Assembly (NCBI GenBank): GCA_035604475.1
Contig: DATNIJ010000052.1
Span: 1-53,748, forward strand
Direction of reading: 5' to 3'
DNA: 53,748 nt
Origin: Alphaproteobacteria bacterium
GTDB lineage: Bacteria > Pseudomonadota > Alphaproteobacteria > JACZXZ01
Below the pieces are notes generated by a model that saw only the letters and a list, made by a program, of their open reading frames with translations, was not told the origin of the DNA and did not search any database. Position 1 is the first letter of the stretch; each line of letters opens with the position of its first letter. Below are positions 32,032 through 40,668 of the stretch, one piece after another. The translations under genes and the position numbers were made by a program.

Positions 32032-32855
32032 GCGCAACAGTAACGACGATGAAACCCGACATCCGCGCCGCCTCCTCACCGGCGGCGCGGAGCGTCATCG
32101 AAATCAAAGGGATATCGAAGACATATCGTACGCGTGACGGCGAAATACCGTCGCTGCGAGCGATCGACTTCACCATCGGGGACGGCGAATTCCTCGTCGT
32201 GGTCGGCCCCTCCGGCTGCGGCAAGACCACGCTCTTGAAAATGATCGCCGGCTTGTTGGAGCCGAGTTCGGGCGAAATCCGCATCGAGGGCCGCGTTGTC
32301 ACCAAGCCGCACAGCGGCGTTGGCATCGTGTTCCAGACGGCGATGCTGCTCCCGTGGCGTAGCGTGTTCCGCAATGTGATGATGCCGGTCGAGGTCAAGC
32401 ACCTGCCGCGCAAGACCTATGAGAAACGCGCGCAGGCGCTTCTCAAAATGGTCGGACTCGAAGGCTTCGAGCACAAATATCCCTGGCAACTGTCGGGCGG
32501 CATGCAGCAGCGCGCCTCTATCTGCCGCGCACTGGTGCATGACCCCAAGATCGTGCTCATGGACGAGCCATTCGGCGCGCTCGACGCAATGACCCGCGAG
32601 CGCATGAATGTGGAATTGCAGCGTATCCAGCGCGAGACGCGCAAGACCGTGCTGCTTATTACCCATTCGATTCCGGAGGCCGTTTTTCTGGCCGACCGCA
32701 TTCTCGTGATGACCGACCGGCCAGGCTCGATCGCGGCAGTCTATGACGTTCCACTGCAGCGGCCGCGCTCGTTGGATGTTTTGGCCGATCCCGTGTTCGT
32801 TAGACTGACGCAGACCATCCGACGGCATTTCAACACACAGACCGAAGGGCAATAA
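32028..32855 (+). CDS. ABC transporter ATP-binding protein, NitT/TauT family
   Basis: Walker A GPSGCGKTT, signature LSGGMQQR and Walker B VLMDEPF are present. GTG 32028 overlaps the SBP stop. An alternative ATG is at 32049. Confidence 0.9.
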   Translation: MSATVTTMKPDIRAASSPAARSVIEIKGISKTYRTRDGEIPSLRAIDFTIGDGEFLVVVGPSGCGKTTLLKMIAGLLEPSSGEIRIEGRVVTKPHSGVGIVFQTAMLLPWRSVFRNVMMPVEVKHLPRKTYEKRAQALLKMVGLEGFEHKYPWQLSGGMQQRASICRALVHDPKIVLMDEPFGALDAMTRERMNVELQRIQRETRKTVLLITHSIPEAVFLADRILVMTDRPGSIAAVYDVPLQRPRSLDVLADPVFVRLTQTIRRHFNTQTEGQ

Positions 32856-33020
32856 TTTACGCGATAACTCTGGCTGAGGGGGGCGGGAGTGACCCGAGCG
32901 CTAGGCCGGCCCGCGCAGCACCCGCTCGTGCCTCGAGGCGAAGCCTGTTGTGCTTATTTTATCCAGATAAGCATAACGCTCGGCCCTCGAGCATGATCCG
33001 ATCAAGTTGAAACACCATGG

Positions 33021-33106
33021 TCGTCACGCCCGCGCAAGCGCGGTCCAGAAGCTGCCTGGATTCCCGCTCCCCGCCTTCGCGGGGACATGCTCCGCGGGAA
33101 TGACGA
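33021..33106. repeat. Composite REP/MITE-like palindromic element
   Basis: TCGTCA..CCGCGC-AA-GCGCGG..TCCAG-N6-CTGGA..TTCCCGC[TCCCCGC-CTTC-GCGGGGA]..GCGGGAA-TGACGA. The GGAATCCC/GCGGGAAT-type core is common in Rhizobiales intergenic repeats. It lies in a convergent spacer. Confidence 0.55.
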
Positions 33107-33141
33107 TGCGAACTGTCGATTCAACGCGATTGGACTTTACC

Positions 33142-34206
33142 CTAGCGATCGCCGCTGAAGACGATGCAGGAGGGGCTCGCGCTCTCGATGGTCTGGCCCG
33201 TTGGCGTCAGCTTCCCGCTCGTCCTGTCGACTCGGAAGGCGACGATGGTGTCGCTCGCTTCGTTGGCCACGTAGAGCTGCCGGCCGGAGGGGGGGAGCGC
33301 AAAGAAGCGCGGCTTTTCCCCTTGCGTCGCTTCCCAGCCGATCGGCGTCAGCCTGCCGCTCGCGCGCTCGATCGCGAAAATGGCGATGCTGTCGTGTCCG
33401 CGGTTGGAGGCGTAGACGAAGGCACCTGAGGGTGCCACGGCGATCTCGGAGCCGGTATTGTCGCCGGTGAAGCTGTCGGGCAGCGAGGGCAAGATCTGGA
33501 GCGGCCGCAGCTCGCCCCGCTCGCCGTCCCAGCGGTAGGTCGTGACGGTCGAGTCGAGCTCATTGATGACATAGGCGCGAGGGAGGGACGGATGGAAGGC
33601 GATGTGCCGCGGGGCTGCACCTCGCCGTGTCTCGACGAAGGGGGGATCGTTCGGCTCGAGCCTGCCTTGAGGAGCGTCGAGCCGAAAGACGAAGATACGG
33701 TCGAGCCCCTTGTCGGGGACGAGCGCGAAACGGCCCGAGGGATCGAAGGGAATATGGTGGGGATGCGAGCCCGTCTGCTCGCGCTTGTGCGGGCCCGGCT
33801 CGCCGGGGAGTGTGAGCGTCCGGATGCGCGCTCCGAGCGATCCGTCGGCCTCGATCGGCACGACCGACAGCGTGCCGTTGGCGTAGTTCGCAGTGACGAT
33901 GAAGCGATTCGTCGGGTCGATCGCGAGATGGACCAGGTTCGCCCCGCCGGCCCGCTGCCGGTTGACGAAGCTGAGCCGTCCGCTCTCCGCATCGATCGCA
34001 AAGGCGCTGATCTCGTCGAGATCGCCATGAACCGCATAGAGAAACCGGCCTCGCCGATCGACGGCCAAGTACGAGGGATTGTCCAGGTCCTCGACGAGCT
34101 GGACATGCCTCCAGCCTCGCGATGCCGGAGCCACCCGGTAGACCTCGATCCCTCTGCCGCGCGCCTTGCGCTTTGTCGTGGTGAACGAGCCGACATAGGC
34201 AAGCAT
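33142..34206 (-). CDS. Lactonase family protein (7-bladed beta-propeller, 6-phosphogluconolactonase-like)
   Basis: 354 aa. The N-terminus MLAYVGSFTT and repeated blade motifs (..PSYLAVD.., ..HLAIDP.., ..PHHIPFDPSG.., ..PRHIAFHP.., ..GSEIAVAPSG..) are present. Confidence 0.8.
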   Translation of the reverse strand: MLAYVGSFTTTKRKARGRGIEVYRVAPASRGWRHVQLVEDLDNPSYLAVDRRGRFLYAVHGDLDEISAFAIDAESGRLSFVNRQRAGGANLVHLAIDPTNRFIVTANYANGTLSVVPIEADGSLGARIRTLTLPGEPGPHKREQTGSHPHHIPFDPSGRFALVPDKGLDRIFVFRLDAPQGRLEPNDPPFVETRRGAAPRHIAFHPSLPRAYVINELDSTVTTYRWDGERGELRPLQILPSLPDSFTGDNTGSEIAVAPSGAFVYASNRGHDSIAIFAIERASGRLTPIGWEATQGEKPRFFALPPSGRQLYVANEASDTIVAFRVDRTSGKLTPTGQTIESASPSCIVFSGDR

Positions 34207-34429
34207 GGCCCTATTCCTCCGCCCTTCCGGCCTCCCTCAACATAGGCGCTCGCCGCAAGGGCTCGGTCAATGCCGTCCCAACCGCGATTCTCCCACGCCT
34301 TTGCGAGGAAGCGGCGCTTTTGCCGGTGCGGACAGCGTTGATCCATGTCATTGCAGGCCCCTCGACGCGGGAGAATATTAAACTATATGGGGATCTGTGA
34401 GGCCGCATCTCGATGAAGGAGCAAGTGCC

Positions 34430-34993
34430 ATGACAGGACATGCAGTGAAAGTCGAGAAGTCGGGCAAGGGGACCGAAGCGTCCAAGCTGCCGGCCGCGGG
34501 GGCCGGGGAGCATCCGCTGATGACGTTGCGCGAGGAGGTCGACCGTCTTTTCGACGACTTCTTCCGCGGCTGGCCGAGTCTCATGTCGTTCCCGAGCCGC
34601 ATGTTCAGCCTCGATCCGTTCCGGCGCATGGGCGAGCCGCTCGTCGCCAGCTTCGGCAGGGTGATGCCGAAAGTCGACGTCTCGGAGAGCGCTGAGAGCT
34701 ACCAGATCGAGGCCGAGCTGCCCGGCATCGACGAGAAGGACTTGAGCGTCACGCTGAGCGACGGCGTGCTCACGATCCGCGGCGAGAAGAAGGCGGAGCG
34801 CGAGGAGAAGAAGAAGGACTATTATCTCAGCGAGCGGAGCTATGGCACCGTGCAGCGGTCCTTCGAGCTTCCCGAGGGCGTCGACGCGGACAAGATCTCG
34901 GCCAAGTTCGAAAAGGGCGTGCTCTCGCTGTCGCTGCCCAAGTCGAAGGAGGCGAAGGCGAAGGAAAAGAAGATCCCCATCGCGTCGAAGTAA
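34430..34993 (+). CDS. Hsp20/alpha-crystallin family small heat-shock protein
   Basis: ATG 34430 is preceded by GAAGGAG. The alpha-crystallin domain PKVDVSESAESYQIEAELPGIDEKDLSVTLSDGVLTIRGEKK...SYGTVQRSFELPEGVDADKISAKFEKGVLSLSLPK is present. Confidence 0.9.
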   Translation: MTGHAVKVEKSGKGTEASKLPAAGAGEHPLMTLREEVDRLFDDFFRGWPSLMSFPSRMFSLDPFRRMGEPLVASFGRVMPKVDVSESAESYQIEAELPGIDEKDLSVTLSDGVLTIRGEKKAEREEKKKDYYLSERSYGTVQRSFELPEGVDADKISAKFEKGVLSLSLPKSKEAKAKEKKIPIASK

Positions 34994-35168
34994 CGCGCGA
35001 TGGCGCTGCCGATTTTCGCGAGCTCGTGGTTCGCCAGCGCGGGCCACGAGCCGCGAAAGCGGTAGTGCGATCAAGAGGCGGCGTCCGCGCGGCACCGGCG
35101 GCCGCCGCATGGCGTGACGATTCCGACGAGCGTTCCCCTCCTTTGCCGCGAGCCCATCGTCGGCGCGA

Positions 35169-35196
35169 TTGACTTGCGCCACGACACGCGATAATC
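35169..35196 (+). promoter_or_regulatory. Putative sigma-70 type promoter
   Basis: TTGACT (35169-35174)-N16-ATAATC (35191-35196), about 35 nt upstream of the 35231 start. Confidence 0.4.
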
Positions 35197-35230
35197 GGCG
35201 CCAGCGATCCGGCAGGAGGAATGGGCTCAG

Positions 35231-36721
35231 ATGCTGAAGCTTCGCCGCGTCGCGATCGACGCCCGCCACGAGAACCTCGCCTTCCTCGCGCGCGACTGCC
35301 GACAATACCGCCCCGAGGAATTCGAGGCGCTCGAGAAGATCGAGATCTCGGCCGACAACCGTCGCATCCTCGCCATCCTCAATGTGGTTGACGATCCCGC
35401 GATACTGAAGGGCGACGAGCTCGGCCTGGGCGAGCGCGCCTTCCGTCATTTCGGCTTGCCGGAGGGAGCGCTCGTCGAGGTGGCGCAGGCGAGCCCGCCG
35501 CAAAGCCTCGAGGCGATCCATCGCAAGCTCGCGGGCCATGTGCTCGTCGCGCATGAGATCGACGCCGTCGTGCGCGACATCGCCGCGAACCGCTATTCCA
35601 AGATCGAGATCGCCGCCTTCCTCGTCTCCTCCGCGGGCTCCATGGGGGTCGAGGAGGTCCTGGCCCTCACGCGGGCGATGGCCAAGGTCGGCACCCAGCT
35701 CACCTGGGACGCCGAGCGCGTCGTGGACAAGCATTGCATCGGCGGGGTGCCCGGCAATCGCACCTCGATGATCGTGGTGCCCATCGTGGCCGCCTACGGC
35801 CTCACCATTCCCAAGACCTCAAGCCGCGCCATTACCTCACCGGCCGGCACGGCCGACACCATGGAGGTGCTCGCCCGCGTCGATCTCAGCATCGATGAGA
35901 TGCGCTCGATCGTGCGCCAAGAAGGGGGCTGCCTGGTTTGGGGCGGGCACGTCGACCTCTCGCCGGCGGACGACGTTCTCATCTCCGTCGAGCGCCCGCT
36001 GGCCCTCGATCCGCGCGAGCAGATGGTCGCCTCGATCATCTCGAAGAAGCTGGCCGCCGGCTCGACCCATCTCGTCGTCGATATCCCCGTCGGCCCCTCG
36101 GCCAAGGTGCGCGATCCCGACGAAGCAGCGCGCCTGCGCAAGCTCTTCGAGTACGTGGGTGCGGCCACCGGCTTGACGCTCGACGTGGTGCTTACCGACG
36201 GCACCCAGCCGGTGGGGCGCGGCATCGGTCCAGCACTCGAGGCACGCGACGTGATGAAGGTCCTGCGCAACGAGCCGGAGGCGCCGCCGGACTTGCGCGA
36301 GCGCGCCCTCTTTCTCGCCGGCCGCGTGCTCGACTTCGATCCCCGCCTGCGCGCGGGCGAGGGGCGAGGCCATGCCGAGAAGCTGCTTGCCTCGGGCGAT
36401 GCGCTCGCGCAGATGGAGCGCATTATCGCCGTTCAGGGGCCGAGCCAGGCGCTTTATCCCCTCGGCCAGCTCACCCGCGAGGTGCCCTCGCCTGCCCGGG
36501 GCAGGGTCAAGGCGATCGACTGCTACCGCATCGCGCGCACGGCACGGTTCGCGGGCGCGCCCACCGACAAAGGGGCGGGCGTCGACCTCCTCAAGAAAGT
36601 GGGTGAAGCGGTCGCGGAGGGCGAGGCGCTTTATCGCATCCACGCTTGCTTTCCCGCCGATTTCAAGTTCGCGACCGAGTATGCGCAGAGCGCGAGCGGC
36701 TACACGATCGTCCCGAATTAG
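35231..36721 (+). CDS. Thymidine phosphorylase family protein (long type II / AMP-phosphorylase-like form)
   Basis: 496 aa. An N-terminal extra domain (MLKLRRVAIDARHENLAFLARDC..) precedes the glycosyltransferase family 3 core (VDKHCIGGVPGNRTS.., SSRAITSPAGTADTMEVL). Confidence 0.85.
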   Translation: MLKLRRVAIDARHENLAFLARDCRQYRPEEFEALEKIEISADNRRILAILNVVDDPAILKGDELGLGERAFRHFGLPEGALVEVAQASPPQSLEAIHRKLAGHVLVAHEIDAVVRDIAANRYSKIEIAAFLVSSAGSMGVEEVLALTRAMAKVGTQLTWDAERVVDKHCIGGVPGNRTSMIVVPIVAAYGLTIPKTSSRAITSPAGTADTMEVLARVDLSIDEMRSIVRQEGGCLVWGGHVDLSPADDVLISVERPLALDPREQMVASIISKKLAAGSTHLVVDIPVGPSAKVRDPDEAARLRKLFEYVGAATGLTLDVVLTDGTQPVGRGIGPALEARDVMKVLRNEPEAPPDLRERALFLAGRVLDFDPRLRAGEGRGHAEKLLASGDALAQMERIIAVQGPSQALYPLGQLTREVPSPARGRVKAIDCYRIARTARFAGAPTDKGAGVDLLKKVGEAVAEGEALYRIHACFPADFKFATEYAQSASGYTIVPN

Positions 36722-36772
36722 GCCCCTCGGGCAGGCAAGCTCGCGGCGGCGCGCAAACGCCGGCAGGGGCTC

Positions 36773-37762
36773 TCAATCCGCCATCTCGAACTCGGCGACG
36801 ATGGGGGCATGATACGAGCCAAGCGAAGGATGGGCGGACAAGGGATCGCGGGCCTCGTCCGAGAGCCCCTCATTCTGGATCTCGACCCGGTAGGGCCAGG
36901 CCGCGAGCGCCGGCGAGACGAGCAAATGGTCGAGCAGGAGCGGACGGCCCGCGTGCAGCACCGAGTATCGCCGCGGCGCCGGCACGCTCTCCTCGAGCGC
37001 TGTCAGCATCCTCTCCGAACGCGCTCGCCCGCTGCCGTCGCGTTCGCCGCCGATCAAGACGCGCACGGGCGTCTCCCGCGCCTCGGCATTGAAATCCCCG
37101 CAGACCGCGATGAGGGCCGAGGCATCCGCATCGAACAGCCGCTCGACGACGAGCCGCGCCTCGAGCGCCTGACCCGCTCGCTTCATCGCGGCGAGGAAGA
37201 AGCCCTCGGCCCAACCGCCGACGCTCCGCCACTCCGCGGCGGAGACTTTCTGCCCCGGGATGGCGACCGCAAGGGGCGCCTTGAGGTGAAGATTGAGCAC
37301 GTGCAGCCTGCGGCCGCCTGGAAATTCGATCGCCGCATAGAGGAGGGGCCGATCCCAGCTGAGCGTGAGTGCCTCCTTGGCGGGCGGCGACGCCGTGACC
37401 AAGCGATAGCTCAATGGCGGCACGAGCTCGTGGTGGATCTGGCGGCTCGCCGCGATCGGATAGCGGCTCAAGAGCGCGAGATTATGGCGCTCGGCCGGCC
37501 CGTCGTGCGCGATGGGCCCGGTGAGCGCGCGGTTATAACCGAGGTAGAGCGTATCCTCGAGGAGATGATCGAGGGCCGTGAGCCGGCGCGGCAGGTGGCG
37601 CGCGACCGCCTGAGCGTTGACCTCCTGGAAGCAAAGGAGATCGGCCTCGAGGCGGCGGAGCTGCGGTCGCAGCACGGCGATGCGTTGCGAGAGAGCCGGT
37701 ACCGCGCCGGGCTCGTCGTCGAGGCTCTCGAGGTTGAAGGTAGCGATACGCAACCGCGCCAT
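36773..37762 (-). CDS. Endonuclease/exonuclease/phosphatase (EEP) family protein
   Basis: MARLRIATFNLESL...DLLCFQEVN is the EEP N-terminal catalytic motif. The C-terminal SYHAPIVAEF resembles the conserved SDH motif region. Confidence 0.8.
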   Translation of the reverse strand: MARLRIATFNLESLDDEPGAVPALSQRIAVLRPQLRRLEADLLCFQEVNAQAVARHLPRRLTALDHLLEDTLYLGYNRALTGPIAHDGPAERHNLALLSRYPIAASRQIHHELVPPLSYRLVTASPPAKEALTLSWDRPLLYAAIEFPGGRRLHVLNLHLKAPLAVAIPGQKVSAAEWRSVGGWAEGFFLAAMKRAGQALEARLVVERLFDADASALIAVCGDFNAEARETPVRVLIGGERDGSGRARSERMLTALEESVPAPRRYSVLHAGRPLLLDHLLVSPALAAWPYRVEIQNEGLSDEARDPLSAHPSLGSYHAPIVAEFEMAD

Positions 37763-37918
37763 CTCTCCTCCGCAGCACCCTCGAACCCGGCCTTATGCGA
37801 GGCGGGCTCCCGTCCAGGCCAACGAGCCGTCGATGCGAAAGTGGGGACCGGTTGGCGCCGGACCTTCTACGAGGCGCCGCCGCAGCGGGCAAGGGTCACG
37901 TGCGTTCGCGACCCGCAC

Positions 37919-37952
37919 AAAAGGTTCCGGCGGTCACTTGCGCGACCGCCGG
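37919..37952 (-). terminator. Intrinsic terminator-like hairpin (also the first terminator downstream of the 38079-38588 gene)
   Basis: A 9-bp GC-rich stem CCGGCGGTC/GACCGCCGG with an 8-nt loop is followed on the minus strand by AACCTTTTG. Confidence 0.6.
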
Positions 37953-37983
37953 CTCTCTAATGTGCTGGGGAGGGACTAGAGAG
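37919..37983 (-). ncRNA. Candidate FNR-box-dependent small RNA with a CCCUCCCC loop
   Basis: Minus strand: CUCUCUA-GUCCCUCCCCAGCACAU-UAGAGAG (hairpin 1) is followed by CCGGCGGUC-GCGCAAGU-GACCGCCGG and AACCUUUUGUG (terminator). Hairpin 1 starts at the position 41.5 bp from the centre of the perfect FNR box at 38018-38031. There is no ORF. Confidence 0.5.
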
Positions 37984-38017
37984 GCCCCTTCCTTAGCACC
38001 TCGCCCCAGGCGGCGAT

Positions 38018-38031
38018 TTGATCCAGATCAA
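38018..38031. promoter_or_regulatory. FNR/FixK box (perfect consensus)
   Basis: TTGAT-CCAG-ATCAA. Confidence 0.8.
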
Positions 38032-38078
38032 TTTTAAGGCAGGATTCTTCAGGCGGCGAAATACTGTGCCGCAGGCGA

Positions 38079-38588
38079 TCATCCCTTAAGTCTCAGGGCG
38101 TTGACATGGGCCCTGGTTTCCGGGAGGAGCCGCTTGCACATGCCAATCCCCTCCGCCCCGTAGCCCGCTTGGAAAAAGGGGCCAAGCCGGCGCTCGTCGA
38201 GTGCTACGCGCGCGCCCTGCTGCTGCGCCACCATGACATGGACGGCCACGCAGTCCGTTTTACGGGCCAAGCTGTCGATGGCGGCGATGAGCGCCTCGGC
38301 CGCGCCGGCACCATCGACGAGATCGAGAGCGACGAAGTTTTCGACCCGAAACGTTCGTCCGTGCTGAATATCCGGCAGGATCCTGTAACTGAACAGGCCG
38401 TAGATGTAACCGTCTGCGCCCTGGGCCGCAATCAGCCCCGCCTCACGCTCTCGGCCGGTCGCGCACAGACTCCGCCCATGTGCGAGCCACTCACCAAGCC
38501 CGAGGCGGGGGGCTATCGCATGAACAAGCGGATAGACCTGCGGCAGCCGGCTTAGAGGAAGCGGGCGCACTTCGTATCGTCTGCCCAT
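38079..38588 (-). CDS. Hypothetical protein (possibly GNAT-fold)
   Basis: 169 aa from MGRRYEVRPLPLSRLPQVYPLV, the lower part of the 516-aa ORF 38079-39629. The composition looks coding. The family call is weak. Confidence 0.5.
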   Translation of the reverse strand: MGRRYEVRPLPLSRLPQVYPLVHAIAPRLGLGEWLAHGRSLCATGREREAGLIAAQGADGYIYGLFSYRILPDIQHGRTFRVENFVALDLVDGAGAAEALIAAIDSLARKTDCVAVHVMVAQQQGARVALDERRLGPFFQAGYGAEGIGMCKRLLPETRAHVNALRLKG

Positions 38589-38657
38589 CTCCGGAAACGA
38601 GCCCTTCGCTATGCATTTCGGACGCCTTAAGTAAGCCATAGCGGCATTGGACCGGCA

Positions 38658-38671
38658 TTGATATGAATCAA
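38658..38671. promoter_or_regulatory. FNR/FixK box (perfect consensus) in the divergent region upstream of the fnr-like gene
   Basis: TTGAT-ATGA-ATCAA. Its centre lies about 41.5 bp from plausible transcription starts in both directions (about 38623 on the minus strand and about 38706 on the plus strand). Confidence 0.8.
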
Positions 38672-38819
38672 GAATCGATGTATCTCCCCTATCCAGGATA
38701 CACTCGGCCGCCCGTGACGCCATGGCGAGCGAGGGGCCACCGCGCCCCGAAATTGTTTCGTTCGGCTGGGCGCAGTAGACTGGCGAGCGGCTGGGGTAGG
38801 ACTGGGGATCGGATCGGCA

Positions 38820-39554
38820 ATGGCCACACGAAGGCGAGCGGGACGAGATATCGCCGCCCGTGCGGTTGCGAGCCCATGCGCGGCTTGCAAGGTTCGCGAC
38901 ATCTCCGTTTGCAGCGCGCTCGACGCGGACGAGCTTGCTCGGCTCACGGCAATCATGAGCACGCTCGGGATGCAGCCGCAGCAGACGTTGTTCTATGAAG
39001 GCGACCCCGCCGAGTTCCTCTTCAACGTCACGGGCGGCATGATTCGGGTCCACAAGCTCTTGGCCGACGGCAGGCGTCAGGTCACCGGATTTCTCTATCC
39101 GGGCGATTTCGTCGGCCTCGCGGTCCACGACAGCTACGCCTATACGGCCGAAACCGTCGTCGCCACCAGCGTCTGCCGTTTCCCGCGCACCAAGCTCCAT
39201 GCGCTCATGCGCGAGATGCCGCATCTCGAGAACCGCATGCTCAGCATGGCCTCGAACGAGCTCATCGAGGCGCAGGACCAGATGCTCCTCCTGGGCCGCA
39301 AGACCGCGCAGGAGAAGATCGCCTCCTTCCTCTTGATGATATCGCGCCGCGCCGGCCGGCGCGGACAGCCCGACAATCCCATCCATCTGCCGATGGGACG
39401 CACGGACATTGCCGACTTTCTCGGGCTCACCACCGAGACGGTGAGTCGCGTCTTCACGCAGTTCAAGACCTCGGGTGCCATTCGCCTCCTCGACAACTCG
39501 CGCGTGCAGCTCTCCGACATGCGCGCGCTCGGCGCCACGGCACAAGGGAGCTAG
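38820..39554 (+). CDS. Crp/Fnr family regulator, FnrN/FnrL/AadR type with N-terminal Cys cluster
   Basis: The N-terminal C-X2-C-X7-C motif (SPCAACKVRDISVCS) and central Cys (VCRFP) fit an [4Fe-4S] O2 sensor. A cNMP-like barrel is present, and the HTH carries E..SR (TETVSRVF), the determinant that reads TTGAT half-sites. Confidence 0.85.
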   Translation: MATRRRAGRDIAARAVASPCAACKVRDISVCSALDADELARLTAIMSTLGMQPQQTLFYEGDPAEFLFNVTGGMIRVHKLLADGRRQVTGFLYPGDFVGLAVHDSYAYTAETVVATSVCRFPRTKLHALMREMPHLENRMLSMASNELIEAQDQMLLLGRKTAQEKIASFLLMISRRAGRRGQPDNPIHLPMGRTDIADFLGLTTETVSRVFTQFKTSGAIRLLDNSRVQLSDMRALGATAQGS

Positions 39555-39620
39555 CGGCCTGGAGAAATCTCGACAGCCCACCGCCTCGGGCCGGGGCCGG
39601 ATGAGCGCTTGCTCGGACCC

Positions 39621-39634
39621 TTGACCCAAGTCAA
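39621..39634. promoter_or_regulatory. FNR/FixK-type box upstream of the usp gene
   Basis: TTGAC-CCAA-GTCAA (TTGA-N6-TCAA). The predicted transcription start is about 39669, the -10-like hexamer TCTACT is at 39657-39662, and the usp ATG is at 39708. Confidence 0.7.
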
Positions 39635-39707
39635 TGAGCGCGCCTCTTTGCCAAGCTCTACTCCCGCCATCGCGCAGGATAAATGGATTTCAGCGGAGGA
39701 CCTCGTC

Positions 39708-40544
39708 ATGGCGTACAAGGATCTCCTTGTCCACCTGAACAACTCAAAGCATCGCGCCAGACGTCTCGATATCGCCATTCGGCTGGCACAAGCTTCGGAC
39801 GCCCATCTTGTCGGCCTGTATACCGCCACGGACCTCTTCGCGCCGGCCTTTCTCACTTCGCAGCTGGCGGCCGGGCTCATCGCCGCGCAACGCGGGCTTT
39901 TCGCCGACGAGCGCAACAAAGCCAAAGCCGAGTTCGAAGAGCGCGGACGCAAGGCCGGCATCAGTATCGAGTGGCGCGAGGTGGAGGAGGATAGCGGCGC
40001 GATGGCGACCCTCAACACGCGCTACGCCGACCTCGCGGTGATCGGCCAGCCCGACCCCGATGAGGCGCTCTCCCCCAAGGAGCTCGATCTCGCCGAACGC
40101 GTGGTGTTGGATTCGGGCCGGCCCATCCTCATGGTGCCCTATGCCGGCCGGTTTCCCACGCTCGGCCAGCGCGTGCTGATCGCCTGGAACGCCAGCGCGC
40201 AAGCGACGCGCGCCGTCAACGACGCCTTGCCGCTGCTTGCGCAGGCCAAGGCCATTACCGTGCTGGCCGTGAATCCGAGAGGCGGCGAGCGAGGCCACGG
40301 CGAGGTGCCGGGTGCGGATATAGCGCTCCATCTCGCGCGCCACGGCCTCAAGGCGGAAGCGGCGCACGCTTTCGCCGATGACATCGACGCCAGCGATGTC
40401 ATCCTCTCGCGCGCCTCCGACCTCGGCGTCGACCTCATTGTCATGGGCGCCTACGGCCGCCCCCGCCTGCGGGAACTGGTGCTGGGTGGCGTCACGCGCA
40501 GCCTGTTCCAGCACATGACGGTGCCCGTGCTCATGTCCCATTGA
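39708..40544 (+). CDS. Universal stress protein, tandem UspA domains
   Basis: Start at MAYKDLLVHLNN, preceded by GGAGGA. The C-terminal motif MGAYGRPRLRELVLGGVTRSLFQHMTVPVLMSH is the Usp ATP-binding G-2x-G-9x-G(S/T) region. Confidence 0.85.
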   Translation: MAYKDLLVHLNNSKHRARRLDIAIRLAQASDAHLVGLYTATDLFAPAFLTSQLAAGLIAAQRGLFADERNKAKAEFEERGRKAGISIEWREVEEDSGAMATLNTRYADLAVIGQPDPDEALSPKELDLAERVVLDSGRPILMVPYAGRFPTLGQRVLIAWNASAQATRAVNDALPLLAQAKAITVLAVNPRGGERGHGEVPGADIALHLARHGLKAEAAHAFADDIDASDVILSRASDLGVDLIVMGAYGRPRLRELVLGGVTRSLFQHMTVPVLMSH

Positions 40545-40668
40545 GGGAGCGCCCTGGCCGTAGTCGTCCCCTCGCGCGCCCATGTCATTCGGGCCATTGC
40601 GCGCGAGAGCGGGCAAGGCTGCTTGGCGAGCATCGTCTTCGCCATTTGGCCGCGCCCCCGAACTCGCC

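Noticed and set aside
32951-32973. AT-rich inverted repeat TGCTTAT-N9-ATAAGCA downstream of the ABC ATPase gene
   Set aside because: It lies in a convergent 3' spacer with no downstream gene to regulate, and it is too AT-rich and short to be a convincing terminator. It is probably incidental or part of the adjacent repeat element.
34207-34429. ROSE RNA thermometer in front of the Hsp20 gene
   Set aside because: No multi-hairpin leader of about 100 nt with an SD-occluding U(U/C)GCU-containing stem could be drawn, and the plausible promoters leave too short a leader.
38589-39629. Upper two-thirds of the 516-aa minus-strand ORF 38079-39629
   Set aside because: This part is antisense to the well-supported fnr-like gene and spans the FNR-box intergenic region. 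Only the terminal 169 codons (from MGRRYEV at 38588) look like a real protein.
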